DNA of 60,082 bases, counting the filler, from Dugesia japonica (lineage: Eukaryota), in NCBI GenBank assembly GCA_001938525.1. It is 6 parts of 6 records of this genome, joined end to end, with 100 filler letters (N's around TTAATTAATTAA, not from the genome) between each part and the next. Parts side by side here need not be neighbours in the genome. Positions count along the whole stretch, not along the records: positions 8,805 to 18,594 come from MQRL01629546.1; positions 18,695 to 28,182 come from MQRL01597211.1; 4 more parts are not named here. The stretch is one strand, 5' to 3'. A program made the position numbers and the translations under genes. Below are positions 13,501 through 24,170 of the stretch, one piece after another (the stretch's first letter is position 1; every line of letters starts with the position of its first letter). The notes under the pieces were generated by a model that saw only the letters and a list, made by a program, of their open reading frames with translations, ran no database searches and had not been told where the DNA came from.

Positions 13501-16500
13501 AGTAGTTAAAGTTATTTTTTCCTTTTCCATTTTAATGTTAACAAATACGCTTATTAATTTGAATAACGCTGTATCTTACTATTGCAGTCATCATATTAAT
13601 CGATACTCAAATTTATTTTTGTAAGGAGCTATAATGTTTAAAACCATAAGTTATAATTCATGGTATTTATTTTTGCAAAACAAGAATAGAATAATCTTTC
13701 ACAGTATTGTAACTTTCAAACAATTTGCCTTATTATGCAACATAGCAAATAAATGCGATATTGTTAATCCGAATTTTTCTTTAATGTGATTATTACAAAA
13801 AATTTTCAAAATATATATTATTACCTTAGGTCACCATGCAATTTTCACCCCAGGCCTTCTACTGACAGCTTGAAAACATGTACTTAAAAACTCGTACATC
13901 ATTGATATGTAGAAAATGTAATTTTAGATGATATGTTAACAGTCTGTTAAATAAGGTGATTTATTATATTTTTACAATACTTAAAAAAGTAGATTTTTGA
14001 TCATTTTAAAAAACATGAAATTACAAGTTAAATTTTAAGTTGAAATACATAAAATAATGATAACATAACTTCAATTTCTCATTTTCATTATTATTTAAAA
14101 GTTAATTAAATTTACCTTGCAAAATTTTAAATATAAATATAACTGAATAAATAAAGAAGTCATACTTTTTGTATTAATTCACTTTCAATTTTTTCATTTT
14201 CTAGTGTTTTTTCATTAAGCAAATCTTTCCATCTTAATTCTTCTTCTTCGACAGATATTTGCAATTTAGTAAGAACTTCTTCTGTTTTTCTTAATGCTTC
14301 ACATTTATCATCTAATTCTAACTTCATTTCATCAATATTATTTTCGGATGTTTTAGAAAGATCTGATTGTAGCTTTTCAATACAAGTTCTAAGATTGACA
14401 ATTTCATTTAAATGTTCTTCTAAATCTTTATTTAATTTAAAATAATTTCTCTCTAAAATCGAATTTTGTTCCAATAATGATGACTCCTTTTCGGTTTTTT
14501 CATTTAATAATAAATTATATTGTTCGTGTTTTTCTTGTAATTTTCGATTACCTTCTGTTATTCGTGATGTTAACTGTTTAAGTTGATCGATTTCAATAAG
14601 TTCAAATCCATTAGGGATTGCGGAATATGAAGTTTCATGTTTATCTGCCAATTCTTGATACAAAGCCTTTAATTTCTAAATTAATATCTTTATAAAAAAA
14701 ATGAAAATATCAAATAAAATAATATGATTTTTCGAAAACTTAAAATATGATACTATAAAAGAAATGTAAAAACATGTTACATNNNNNNNNNNNNNNNNNN
14801 NNNNNNNNNNNNNNNNNNNNNNNNNNNNNNNNNNNNNNNNNNNNNNNNNNNNNNNNNNNNNNNNNNNNNNNNNNNNNNNNNNNNNNNNNNNNNNNNNNNN
14901 NNNNNNNNNNNNNNNNNNNNNNNNNNNNNNNNNNNNAAACTATTAAAATTGTAATTTAATGATTTACTAAGTTGGAATTTAATATGCCACGTAAAAATTA
15001 AAACCTAAAAAAGATTAATACATAATTCATATTCTATCAGGAATTTAAATATGTAGAAAAAGTCGATTTCCAAACTAAATAATAATTAAATTGTATAAAA
15101 TGTAAAAATTATTGTTTCATCTGCTTTCAAACACTGATCATAAATAATAACTAAACAACCTTAAAAATAACAATACTACCTATAAGTTCTTACATGAAAC
15201 CAGATGAAACAATGAAACCTGATAAGCGATACAAATACCATCTTCAATAATATTGATCTTACAAGAATAAACAAGATATATTAAAAACTAACTAATGATA
15301 TCAGTGAAGTAGAAGGACATGATAGTGTCATCTGATAGAATATAAATAACAGCACTAACTTTTACAGAATACAAGTTATCGTTAGGTTAAACTGACAGTC
15401 CAACTTGTTTTTTCTGCGGACTTTTTTACGCGATTTGTTTTAGGTAGTATATGAAAAAAAATCGCATAAAACAATCGCACAAAAAAATCACATAAAAAAG
15501 AGTTCACAAAAACCGGTTTGACTGTATCAAACTACTTTTCAACTCACTTTTCGTCATAGACCATTAAAATGGAGATATTTTTTCTTCTGGCCAAAACTAA
15601 AACTATTATTGATTGAACTCACATTTTAAGAGTGCAAAAATAGCTTTTAAAAAATAAACTTTCAATTAACATTACAAAACAAGAAAATAAACAATATTAT
15701 AAGAATCAAAGTAAACGTTTCTGAAGTAAAATATAGAATAATAAAATCGATCGTCAAAGCAAAGCGTATTTCTATTGTTTTATTGATTAATTTTGAGTCA
15801 GCAGTTTCGGATGGTAACATTGTTCTAACAAGACCATTTTTTACAAAAGATAAAAATATATTTTGATTCCATTTTCCTTTCGAAATAAAGAGAAATTTCT
15901 AGAAACTTCGCTAAGTTTTCATTTTAAGATAAAAAGTTTTTCTGTAGCTCATTTTACAATGAAAAATAGACAACGAACATTTTTTTAAAGTAAATTAGTG
16001 TTTTATTGGTGAAATTAGTTATTTGCAAGGTGTGTATTAAGTTTGTAATTAATAATAATAGTAGCAGTAGATATAGTANNNNNNNNNNNNNNNNNNNNNN
16101 NNNNNNNNNNNNNNNNNNNNNNNNNNNNNNNNNNNNNNNNNNNNNNNNNNNNNNNNNNNNNNNNNNNNNNNNNATAATAATATTATTATTAATAATAATA
16201 ATAAACAAATAAATAACTTTATTTTCGTCTCTGATTTCTTCTAGATCAGAATTAAGCATAGATGATTGTTTCTCTTTCTGAAATTCCTATACTTAAAGTC
16301 AAAACAAATTATAATGAAAATAAGTTACATCAATTTGATATTGCAAGCATGTTATTAAGGAATTCTGATCTTTTTCTTTGTTTTGCATTTGTATTTTAAA
16401 CTTTTCAAGTTCTTTCTAATGATAAAATGTATAGTGACTAAATGGGTATAAATAAGTCTTACATGGCTTTCCTTTTTAGTTAAATCCATTTGAAATTTCA

Positions 16501-17280
16501 TTTTTTGATTTTCCTCGATTAATTTTCTAAAAGAATTATTTAATTATTCAAAAATAATTTTGAAAACAGAAACTANNTTGAAAATTGATGCTATTTTAAG
16601 ATTTAAAAAATTTACTTTTTAGTAAGAAATAGCAAAAATCCGTATTGATTTACAAAAAATTTACGAAATTGAAGAAAATTGCTTTCAAAGAAATAATGCT
16701 TATTTAACACTAAATGAATCTAGAAGTCAGTTTACTAAGATCGAAATAATGTTATACAATTATAGTAATGTTAAAATAGAAGGAAATACATTTATTTTTT
16801 ATTTACTTTTTGTATAATTATATTATTTTGATTATATATTAATTTAATTTTTCTTTCATTTAATATAAAAGCTTTGATCAAAATTTTGGTTTTTTATTGA
16901 TAACAGAAGATAACAATTCTGTCCAACAATTATTCTCGCAAAAATTGCAATTGTAAAATTAATTTTTCTAAATTTTAAATAATTAGAAATACATAATAAA
17001 TATAATCTGTAACAAAAATGTATTTATTTCAAATTTGATTTTTTTCTCGTTAAAGCTGAGTATTAAGAAATCCTTAAACTACAGTGTCTTTGGATTAAAA
17101 CATTGTATTGGTATTCGTTTGCTGATTATTCATTGGTAGCTTTTACCATGGAATTCCACTCGACTCTAATATTCTCATCAAAATCGCTTGCTATATTGCT
17201 ATTGAGATTCAGTTCTCTTTCATTTTCTAGTGCTTCGTTTATTTGTATTAATTTTGAGATGTTTGAATGATCATCTGCAG
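10559..17280 (-). CDS. Ribosome-binding protein 1 / kinectin family coiled-coil protein (partial, multi-exon)
   Basis: GT-AG exons 17147-17280, 16463-16526, 16329-16415, 16218-16286, 14166-14675, 10559-10672 (stop TAA); introns of 47 and 42 nt. Phases agree from 16526 downward; the phase between the first two exons is unresolved. TEEVLTKLQISVEEEELRWK matches the RRBP1/KTN1 motif ETEGxLxxLQxSVEEEExxW. Confidence 0.7.
11100..11660 (-). mobile_element. Possible decayed non-LTR retrotransposon fragment (intronic)
   Basis: GC-richer coding-like stretch with LQPSKC (cf. RT LNPxKC); many stops. Confidence 0.25.
12811..12875 (-). repeat. Possible decayed tRNA-derived SINE head
   Basis: Minus strand has A-box-like TGGTCGCATAGT and B-box-like GGTTTGAACCC at tRNA-like spacing; no cloverleaf. 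Confidence 0.25.
13050..13500 (-). mobile_element. Decayed CR1/Jockey-like LINE ORF2 C-terminal fragment (intronic)
   Basis: LVKP.., DVQR and LLGFPTL echo the LVRPxLEY / ExVQRR / LxLPTL motifs. Confidence 0.35.
14166..14675 (-). CDS. Largest exon (170 codons) of the RRBP1/kinectin-like gene
   Basis: tttag|AAATTAAAGGCTTTGTAT ... ATACAAAAA|gtatga, phase 0/0, heptad-rich. Confidence 0.85.
15396..15524. mobile_element. Tc1/pogo-type MITE
   Basis: CAGTCCAACTTGTTTTT / AAAAACCGGTTTGACTG(TA) inverted ends with internal AAAATCGCA repeats. Confidence 0.55.
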
Positions 17281-18179
17281 CTACAAATGTATTGTTGTTT
17301 CTCTATGTTATTGTGCTAAATCTTAGTATAGGAGAGAATTACATATAACGCACATATATAATGAAATATAGCACCAGATTAGCTTTTTGTAGGCCTCGCG
17401 CAAACAACAACGAAGTAAAACTAAAGAAGATCCTCTATGGCTCTGTAACCGATGCATGAATAATAACACAATTTAATTATGCCTAAAAACAAAAGCAAAT
17501 AAACGGCACACTGTGTTAGTAAATCAAACTACTAATAGATAATGGACCTACAAACATAATCAATAATAAAAACAAATAATAAAATAATGACGTTAAATAA
17601 TATAAATAAAATAATGACGCATTTAGCTCAATTCCTTAAATTTCCAGAGACAACAAAAATAAAATTAAACAAAATAATAATAGCCAGTAAAAAACAAATA
17701 GTAGGCCTACAAAATAATCTTACAAAAAGTAGGCTTGGTGCAAATGCGAGGCTGCGCCATAGTTAATTTGGCATTGAGTGTACTTATAATTTAATTGAAA
17801 CTAAAATATTAAAAAGTTTTCTATGTTGATAAATTACTTTATGTAATAAATTGATAAAATTGAAGAAAATTGCTTACAAAGCAATAATATTTATAGGGTT
17901 TTTCAAATTATTTTCAAACGAATTTCAATATATATTTGGAAATGGTTTAAAATAATTATAATGTAAAAAACTATAAAATTACAATTTAAAAACCGTGCTT
18001 AAATAAACCAATTAATAGATTTTTAAAAATAAAATATATAAATATAAAATATAAATATAAAAACAACAATTTTTATTAGAAATATTCACGTGAAATCACT
18101 TTTATCAAAAAACTATTCATATGCCCAAGTTTTACAATTACAATTATTACGAGAATAATTGTTGAACTGATCGCATTTG

Positions 18180-18405
18180 AGATTTCATTAAATTAAAAGC
18201 TTCGATAAGAATGTTTTTTTTATTTTTATTATTTTTTTAATTTTTATTAGTAATTCGACTTTTCGACTGTTGTCTTCTTCAGGAATGAAATTTTTAACAA
18301 AAACGTTAATTCCTGAAGAAGGCAAAAGTCGAATTACTAATAACAACTAAAAAAATATTAAAAATAAAAAAACATTTTTGTCGAAGCGTTTAATTAATTG
18401 AATCA
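18180..18405. repeat. ~110 bp-arm inverted repeat resembling paired Penelope-like pseudo-LTRs
   Basis: The left arm (GCTTCGATAAGAATGTTTT..CTTCTTCAGGAAT) mirrors the right arm (ATTCCTGAAGAAG..AAACATTTTTGTCGAAGC). Confidence 0.75.
18251..18286 (-). ncRNA. Degenerate minimal type I hammerhead ribozyme (Penelope-type)
   Basis: ATTC-CTGAAGAA-GAC AACA GTC-GAAA-A-GTC-GAAT: stem I, core, stem II, GAAA and GUC cleavage triplet. One base away from GAAACGTC. Confidence 0.45.
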
Positions 18406-18409
18406 TGCC

Positions 18410-18590
18410 TAAAAATGCTTTGAATTGATCCCTACAAATATACTCAGAACGTCTATTTATCGCGTCAAGAAGTTCGTTTTGATTTTGGCAATACAATCTT
18501 CTAATATTTTCTTTCCAAGCACTGAAAACTACTTCGATTGAATTAAGTTGTAGTGTATAAGGTAAAAAAAACTAATGAATGTTCGACATT
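18410..18590 (-). mobile_element. Tc1/IS630-like DDE transposase C-terminal fragment
   Basis: VFL-PYTLQLNSIEVVFSAWKENIRR (cf. FLPPYSPQLNPIExxFSxWK). Confidence 0.65.
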
Positions 18591-18594
18591 ATTG

Positions 18595-18694
18595 NNNNNN
18601 NNNNNNNNNNNNNNNNNNNNNNNNNNNNNNNNNNNNNNTTAATTAATTAANNNNNNNNNNNNNNNNNNNNNNNNNNNNNNNNNNNNNNNNNNNN
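18595..18694. other. Synthetic contig spacer
   Basis: 44N-TTAATTAATTAA-44N. Confidence 0.95.
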
Positions 18695-20647
18695 TTTTTA
18701 AAATTAATTCCGTTTGTTGATCATTTAATATTGTTGTATTACTTTCATTATTCAAATTACAAATTATTAAAACGTATTTATATTTATCAACCTCTCGATA
18801 TATTTTTATTGAGTTAGAATTTCTTTCCAGCAGACCTTTGTTAATTTCCATAACTAGTCATATTAGTAAAAAAACGCTATTCTCATCAAACATTTATTTA
18901 TGACAAAGTTTCTATGAATTGAAAAAACGGAATTAGAATAGTTTTAATATTCAAACAAATATGCGCAATAATTATTTTAATTATTTTTNAGAAATATTTT
19001 AAATTTCGAGAACTTTATAAATATTTTAATTGCGTATACAAATTTGAAATCAAACAATTCAAATATCATTCTCACCACCCCCTTCTTTAAGAAATCTTCT
19101 GATCTTTTCAACATTTCTTTTCATTGCTCGATCCAGATCATCTCGAATCAGATATCTTCGGTCATGTATCTTTTTTACTATTCTGAATGGACCTAAAAAA
19201 CAATACTGATCCTTATTTCTTGTTTCCTCCTTGATAAGCATTGCATTTCCAATAGCAAATGTTCTCGTTTTCAATCATCTCGTTTTTAATTTGCCCCCTA
19301 TAAGATCTTCGCGTGACACCATGCATTGTAAACATGCGCCATATGCCTGCCTTGAAAGAAAATCCGCATTGCCATGTTTTTCGCCTTTCTGATACTGTAA
19401 ATCAAATGTCTAATTCACTTAGGTAATTGATCCAATTTTGATACTGTGCCATTATAGGTTTCTTCGTTGTTAACATACACGTAATCGCTTTATGGTCTGT
19501 TCGTAGAGTAAATCTTCGTCCATATAAGTAGTGACTGAAATGGTTGCAAAAAGAAAATATCGCCAGCAGCTCCTTTTTGTTATATAATACCCCCAATTTG
19601 TGGTTAATCATTGCGTGTGATACATACGCTGTCACTTTATCTTGTCCATTGTTGTCAATTGGTGATAATACGGTACCAATTGTATTGTAGCTTGCATCCG
19701 TATTCAGTATGAATTCTCTTCTGACATCCGGAAACACTAAAATTGGTGGCTTCGTTAACGCTTCTTTCATANCTCTGAATGATTGTTCGCAGGTCTCTGT
19801 TCATATTAACTTCTTATTATTTACGCTACACAGTTTTTCTAATTCTCTAGCCTTCTTTGCGTAATCCTTTATGAATTTTCAGAATATCCCCATGAAATTC
19901 CTTAACCCTTTCACGCATTTTGGCCTTTCGTATGTTTGTTTAGCAACCAATTTTGCTGGATAAGTTTGAGCTTGACGTGGTTGCCATATTAGCAAGAAAA
20001 ACGCTATCTTCACCAAACATTTATTTATGACAAAGTTTCTATGAAATGAAAAAACTGAATAAGAATAGTTTTAATATTCAATTAAATATATCGCAATAAT
20101 TATTTTAATTATTTTCTTAAAATATTTTGAATTTCAAAAACTTTATAAATATTTTAATTGCGCATATAAATTTGAAATCAAAAAAATTCAAATATCATTC
20201 TCACAAGTCGTACAGTATATTTTTTATTATCAATTCTACCTACCTTTTTGAAGATATAATGAAGTCATTATTGATATACTTCTCTAGATAAGTCATTGTT
20301 ATAGGATAAGTCACTTCTCGTTCCAAGTTTTTGTATTTAACAAATTGTTTATTATAATTTAATGTATCAACTATTATTATCCATGAAATTTTATATTAAC
20401 TTTTATATATTTAAGTGAGTTTCAAAAGATATGAATTTCGTCACTCAATGATTCTATTTCAACGAGAGTTTTAGTTGCACTAGTTCAAACTCTTATATTT
20501 GTTTGATTTCTCCAAGTTTCATTACTTTCCGCCACAAAATAATGAATATTAAATTCATAATTATTATTTGGCTTCAAATTTCGAATAACCACTTTTTAAT
20601 TTTTATTATTTAGTTCCAAAATTGTATTACTTGTATCATTTAAATTT
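18695..20647 (-). pseudogene. Fibronectin type III-like pseudogene exon split by an LTR element
   Basis: After an acceptor ttttcag: NLNDTSNTILELNNKN*KVVIRNLKPNNNYEFNI (FN3-like LxPxxxYxF). Removing 18861-20205 and one TSD restores the frame KKYTVR-LVMEINKG.. Stops and a frameshift are present. Confidence 0.45.
18861..20205 (-). mobile_element. Internally deleted Ty3/Gypsy LTR retrotransposon
   Basis: LTRs 19987-20205 and 18861-~19077; PBS TGGCAACCACG 19976-19986; PPT AAAGAAGGGGG; TSD AGTCA/AGTCG. Internal RT connection/RNase H (TDAS, KELLAI, RTDHKA) and integrase GPF tail. Confidence 0.9.
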
Positions 20648-20714
20648 CTGAAAATACACATTTCATTTGAAAAACCATTAAAATCTTACAAGATTGTCCT
20701 ACGCATAGTATAAA

Positions 20715-21070
20715 TCTTTCCACTAACCCATCGGTTTGCGGATGATAAGATGACGTTGTTAATTTTATAATATTATACAAATCTGCAATTGCTTTAAATA
20801 AATCACTTATAAAATTAGTTTCAAAATCCGTTAATAATTGTTTTGGCGTTCCATAACAAAATACAATATTTTCTATAAATATTTGAGCTATAGTCTCTGC
20901 TTTTTGATTAGGAAGCGCAAATACTTCCGGCCATTTAATTAAATAATCACAAAATACTAATATATATTTATTCTCGTTTTCTGTTTCTGGTAAAGGTCGA
21001 ATAATATCCATTGCTGTCATCTCCATAAGTGCTAATAGCACATTCACAGGTTTAAATGGAGCAAGACGGG
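20715..21070 (-). mobile_element. Gypsy/Ginger-type integrase core fragment
   Basis: AMDIIRPLP, KYILVFCDYLIKWPE, GTPKQLLTD, YHPQTDGLVERF (DDE core). Confidence 0.85.
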
Positions 21071-21485
21071 TTGATGTAGGTTCAAACAAACCATTAAAAA
21101 TATGGTTATCACGTGATCAAAGTAAAGCAATTAAAAAACCAAAATATAAAGTCAGTGACCATGTTAGAATCTCAAAAATAAGTGTATATCCATTCATTAA
21201 AAACTTTGATAGTAATTGGAGCGATGAAGTGTTTTGAATAGCGAAAATCATTACTAAAAACATCTGGTCATGTATGTAATTAACGATTATGAGAATAATA
21301 TCATACAAGGAAAATTTTATGAGCAGGAATTACAAGTCATTCCAATTCCTACTATATATAAAATCGAGAAAATAATAAAATCAAAAGGAACAAAAAAGAA
21401 TAAACAATATTACGTAAAATGAAATCGATATCAGAAACCTACTTGGATATTAGCATCACAGTTAGATAATAATGACATTGAATAA
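21070..21485 (+). pseudogene. Polinton integrase C-terminus with chromodomain
   Basis: PKYKVSDHVRISK..F.KNFDSNWSDEVF*, frameshift, then YVINDYENNIIQGKFYEQELQV..IYKIEKIIKSKG..QYYVK*NRYQKPTWI. Confidence 0.85.
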
Positions 21486-22513
21486 TTTCTATACACTTTT
21501 ACCTAGTAATAGATGTCTTCTTATTCATCCGAATAATAATGCTAATAAATTCATTGTTAAGCTACAAAATCCGATTTATATGAATGATAGTTGGGAATTA
21601 TCATTGTCGGATTTTACCTTTGTATATCAAACATTGCCATTATATAGCAAGTCTAAAATTTAATACATGTCTGCAAGAAATATATCAAATAAAATAACTG
21701 TTACAATTAATCACAAAAAAGAATCCTTGAATGTAAGTAAAAATGAAAATAATAATGTTTATATATCGTATAATGGTTATTTAGCTATTCATTGTGAATA
21801 TCCATATGTTGTCATATTTTAAAATGAAACAAAACAAATCACAACAAAACAAAAATGAAAAGATTTGGATTCCCATATAAGACTAAGAAAATGGGTCCTG
21901 AATATTATAATAATATTTTTTCAAATTTAAAAGAAGATTCTCCAATAAAATTTGTAAAATTTAAAATAGAATATACTCAAGTAAAGTATCATACTAAACA
22001 GTTGAAAGATGAATTATACATAACAGAAATTGAAAAATTAAGTTCATATTTTACAGAAAGCGCTTCTGAATTATTTAATACGATTAGTCTTAAAGCAAAT
22101 AATCTGTTTCAAATATCACTAAAAATGATATCAAAACTGTTACATTCGATAAAGTCATTGGGATTAGAAAAAAAACAATATTCACAATAAGAATTGAAGG
22201 ATGGTATATTGCAAGGTATTGAAATCCTAAAATAATTAAGTTGCATCAACAAATGCTTATCTATAGTAGTATTGTGGAACCTATAATTGTAGGAGATGTT
22301 AAAGTTCCTCTTTTAAAATCAGGATGGATAGAAAAACATGAAACTGATGAAGCAGTACAAATAATTGTTGATCATTCAATGTATTTACCGATTGCAACAA
22401 CATGTATAACCAATATAGAAATTAATATTCGTGATGATAACGGAAAATTAATCAGGTTTCCAAAAGATTCAAGAACACATTTAACTTTACATTTTCGAAA
22501 AACAGATGTCTAA
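21472..22513 (+). pseudogene. Polinton/adintovirus minor capsid (penton) protein, disrupted
   Basis: N-terminus FYTLLPSN..HPNNNANKFIVKLQNPIYMNDSWELSLSDF; C-terminus IYSSIVEPIIVGDVKVPLLK..YLPI..IEINIRDDNGKLI.F..HLTLHFRK. Broken into track ORFs 21472, 21855 and 22241. Confidence 0.75.
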
Positions 22514-22961
22514 TCTGGATATTATAACATTGTATAGTAACAGCCAAGCAAGCGGAAAATTACCTTACTTTGTAGGAAAACAGTATGGTTCTGGCTGGTT
22601 ACAAACAATAGGTAGGTTTGCGCTTCTTATTCTTAAGCGTATTGGTAATTTTGGTAAGAAAACTGCTCAAGATGTAATATATAATAATGAAAAAATATTA
22701 CCAATATTGAAATCTAATGCATTGGCAGAACTTAGTGATGTAGTGTCTTTGTTACCTAGTGGAGTAACTAATATGATTTCAAAAGTAGCAAACATTTTAC
22801 CATCCAGTATAACCAATAGAATTCAATCGGAAATAAGTAATATGATAACAAACCAACTGCAAACAATTAATAAAAAGCGTAAAAAATCCAATGCATCACG
22901 TATAAACAAACGAATGAGAGGACATGGAAAAAAGTTTGAAAATGAGTTATTTGAATCTTGA
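22506..22961 (+). CDS. Polinton/adintovirus small virion protein with QxGxG motif and amphipathic helix
   Basis: YSNSQASGKLPYFVGKQYGSGWLQTIGRFALLILKRIG plus a basic tail KKRKK..RMRGHG. Overlaps the penton stop; the last codons derive from the adjacent mariner. Confidence 0.65.
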   Translation: MSNLDIITLYSNSQASGKLPYFVGKQYGSGWLQTIGRFALLILKRIGNFGKKTAQDVIYNNEKILPILKSNALAELSDVVSLLPSGVTNMISKVANILPSSITNRIQSEISNMITNQLQTINKKRKKSNASRINKRMRGHGKKFENELFES

Positions 22962-23400
22962 ATGCCTTAAAATAAAGATCCTCATGCAAAAGTCTTAATA
23001 ACGTCGTTCTTGGAATGGATAGTTGTTGTGGATAGTTGGTTTCTCACTCAAACTACAGCTTACAGCTGCAATATTTGTTTTCGAGCGGCCACCTTTATGA
23101 TATTCTTGACGTTTTTCATCTTTTATCGATCCACTTTTTATAAATTGTTTGATAACTTTTTGAATTGTCACATGTGACGAATAACTTTCGTTTCCATATT
23201 AAAACTTAAATTAAATCGGCATAACTTTCGCCATACTTAAATAATTATTTACCATAAATGCTCTTTGTTCTATGGTATAACGATTCATTTTAGAAGCCGC
23301 ATGAATTACTTTTGCTTATTTAACAATTATTGATTTAATAAAACAAAACATAAATAAATGGAATTAAATTTAAAATGTAACCTTAAATTAGAACACCCTG
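22945..23400 (-). mobile_element. Tc1/mariner transposon 5' fragment
   Basis: TA|CAGGGTGTTC terminus at 23400; peptides MNRYTIEQRAFMV, GSIKDEKR, GRSKTNIAAV, LHEDLYFKAFKIQ. Confidence 0.8.
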
Positions 23401-23419
23401 TACATCCTAGCAGTAGGGG

Positions 23420-24170
23420 ATTATTTATCAAAATTTCCGAAGCATTTGCATTAAAAGATCAAAAAGCAGCGACAATCGCTACAGTGTTAGTAGACAAAGT
23501 ATTCAGCAATTATGGACCTCCAAAGAAAATTTTAATTGATCAAGGAAAGAATTTTATGAGTGAATTAATGAAAGAAGTTACGAGTTTCTTTAATATTTAC
23601 AAACTACGGACTTTAGCATATCATTTGTGAACGAACGGAATCAAAGAAAAATTCAATCAAACTTTAAAAAGAATGCTATCGAGTTATGCTTCATAAGATC
23701 AAAGAGAATGGGACAAATATTTAAATTTATGTCTTTTTGCATATAGGGTGGGAGTACATCCGACAACCAGAGAAACACCGTTCAGTTTAATGTATGGCAG
23801 AGAATGTATTGTGCCTATTGATATGGAATATCAACCACCAATTTCACAATACATGGATGAAGATTATTATGTGACAGGCATGAAGGAACGAATGAAAGAG
23901 ATGTGGGAATTGGCAGAAGTAAATGCAAAATTTAGTCAGGAAAGTTACAAGGAATTATATAATGGTAAAGCAGAAGCTCATACGTTCAAAAAGGGAGATC
24001 TAGTGTTAGTAAACAAACCAACAATCGATATTGGAAAAACGGAGAAATTAAAGAGACCAAACAAAGATCCATTTATGGTAATCGAAATAACCGCATCAAA
24101 TCTGAAGTTTAATTAGGAAAACCGTTAAAGAAACCAAGTATCTTACATGTATCAAGATTTAAATTAGTAG
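23420..24170 (+). mobile_element. Ty3/Gypsy integrase (core to GPY/F tail), disrupted
   Basis: YGPPKKILIDQGKNF, AYHL*TNGIKEKFNQTLKRML, EWDKYLNLCLFAYR, TPFSLMYGR, FKKGDLVLV, LHVSRFK. Confidence 0.9.

Larger units (their letters stand above)
21070..22945 (+). mobile_element. Polinton/Maverick (adintovirus-like) fragment
   Basis: Three overlapping co-oriented genes in Polinton order: integrase C-terminus, penton/minor capsid, QxGxG amphipathic protein. Confidence 0.85.

Noticed and set aside
17385-17760. Recurring GTAGGCCT-like motifs
   Set aside because: Only three short, irregularly spaced copies; no structure to support a call.
22942-22998. MSYLNLECLK looked like the start of a Polinton hexon right after the QxGxG gene
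   Set aside because: The opposite strand reads LHEDLYFKAFKIQ, part of the mariner transposase, so the resemblance is coincidental.
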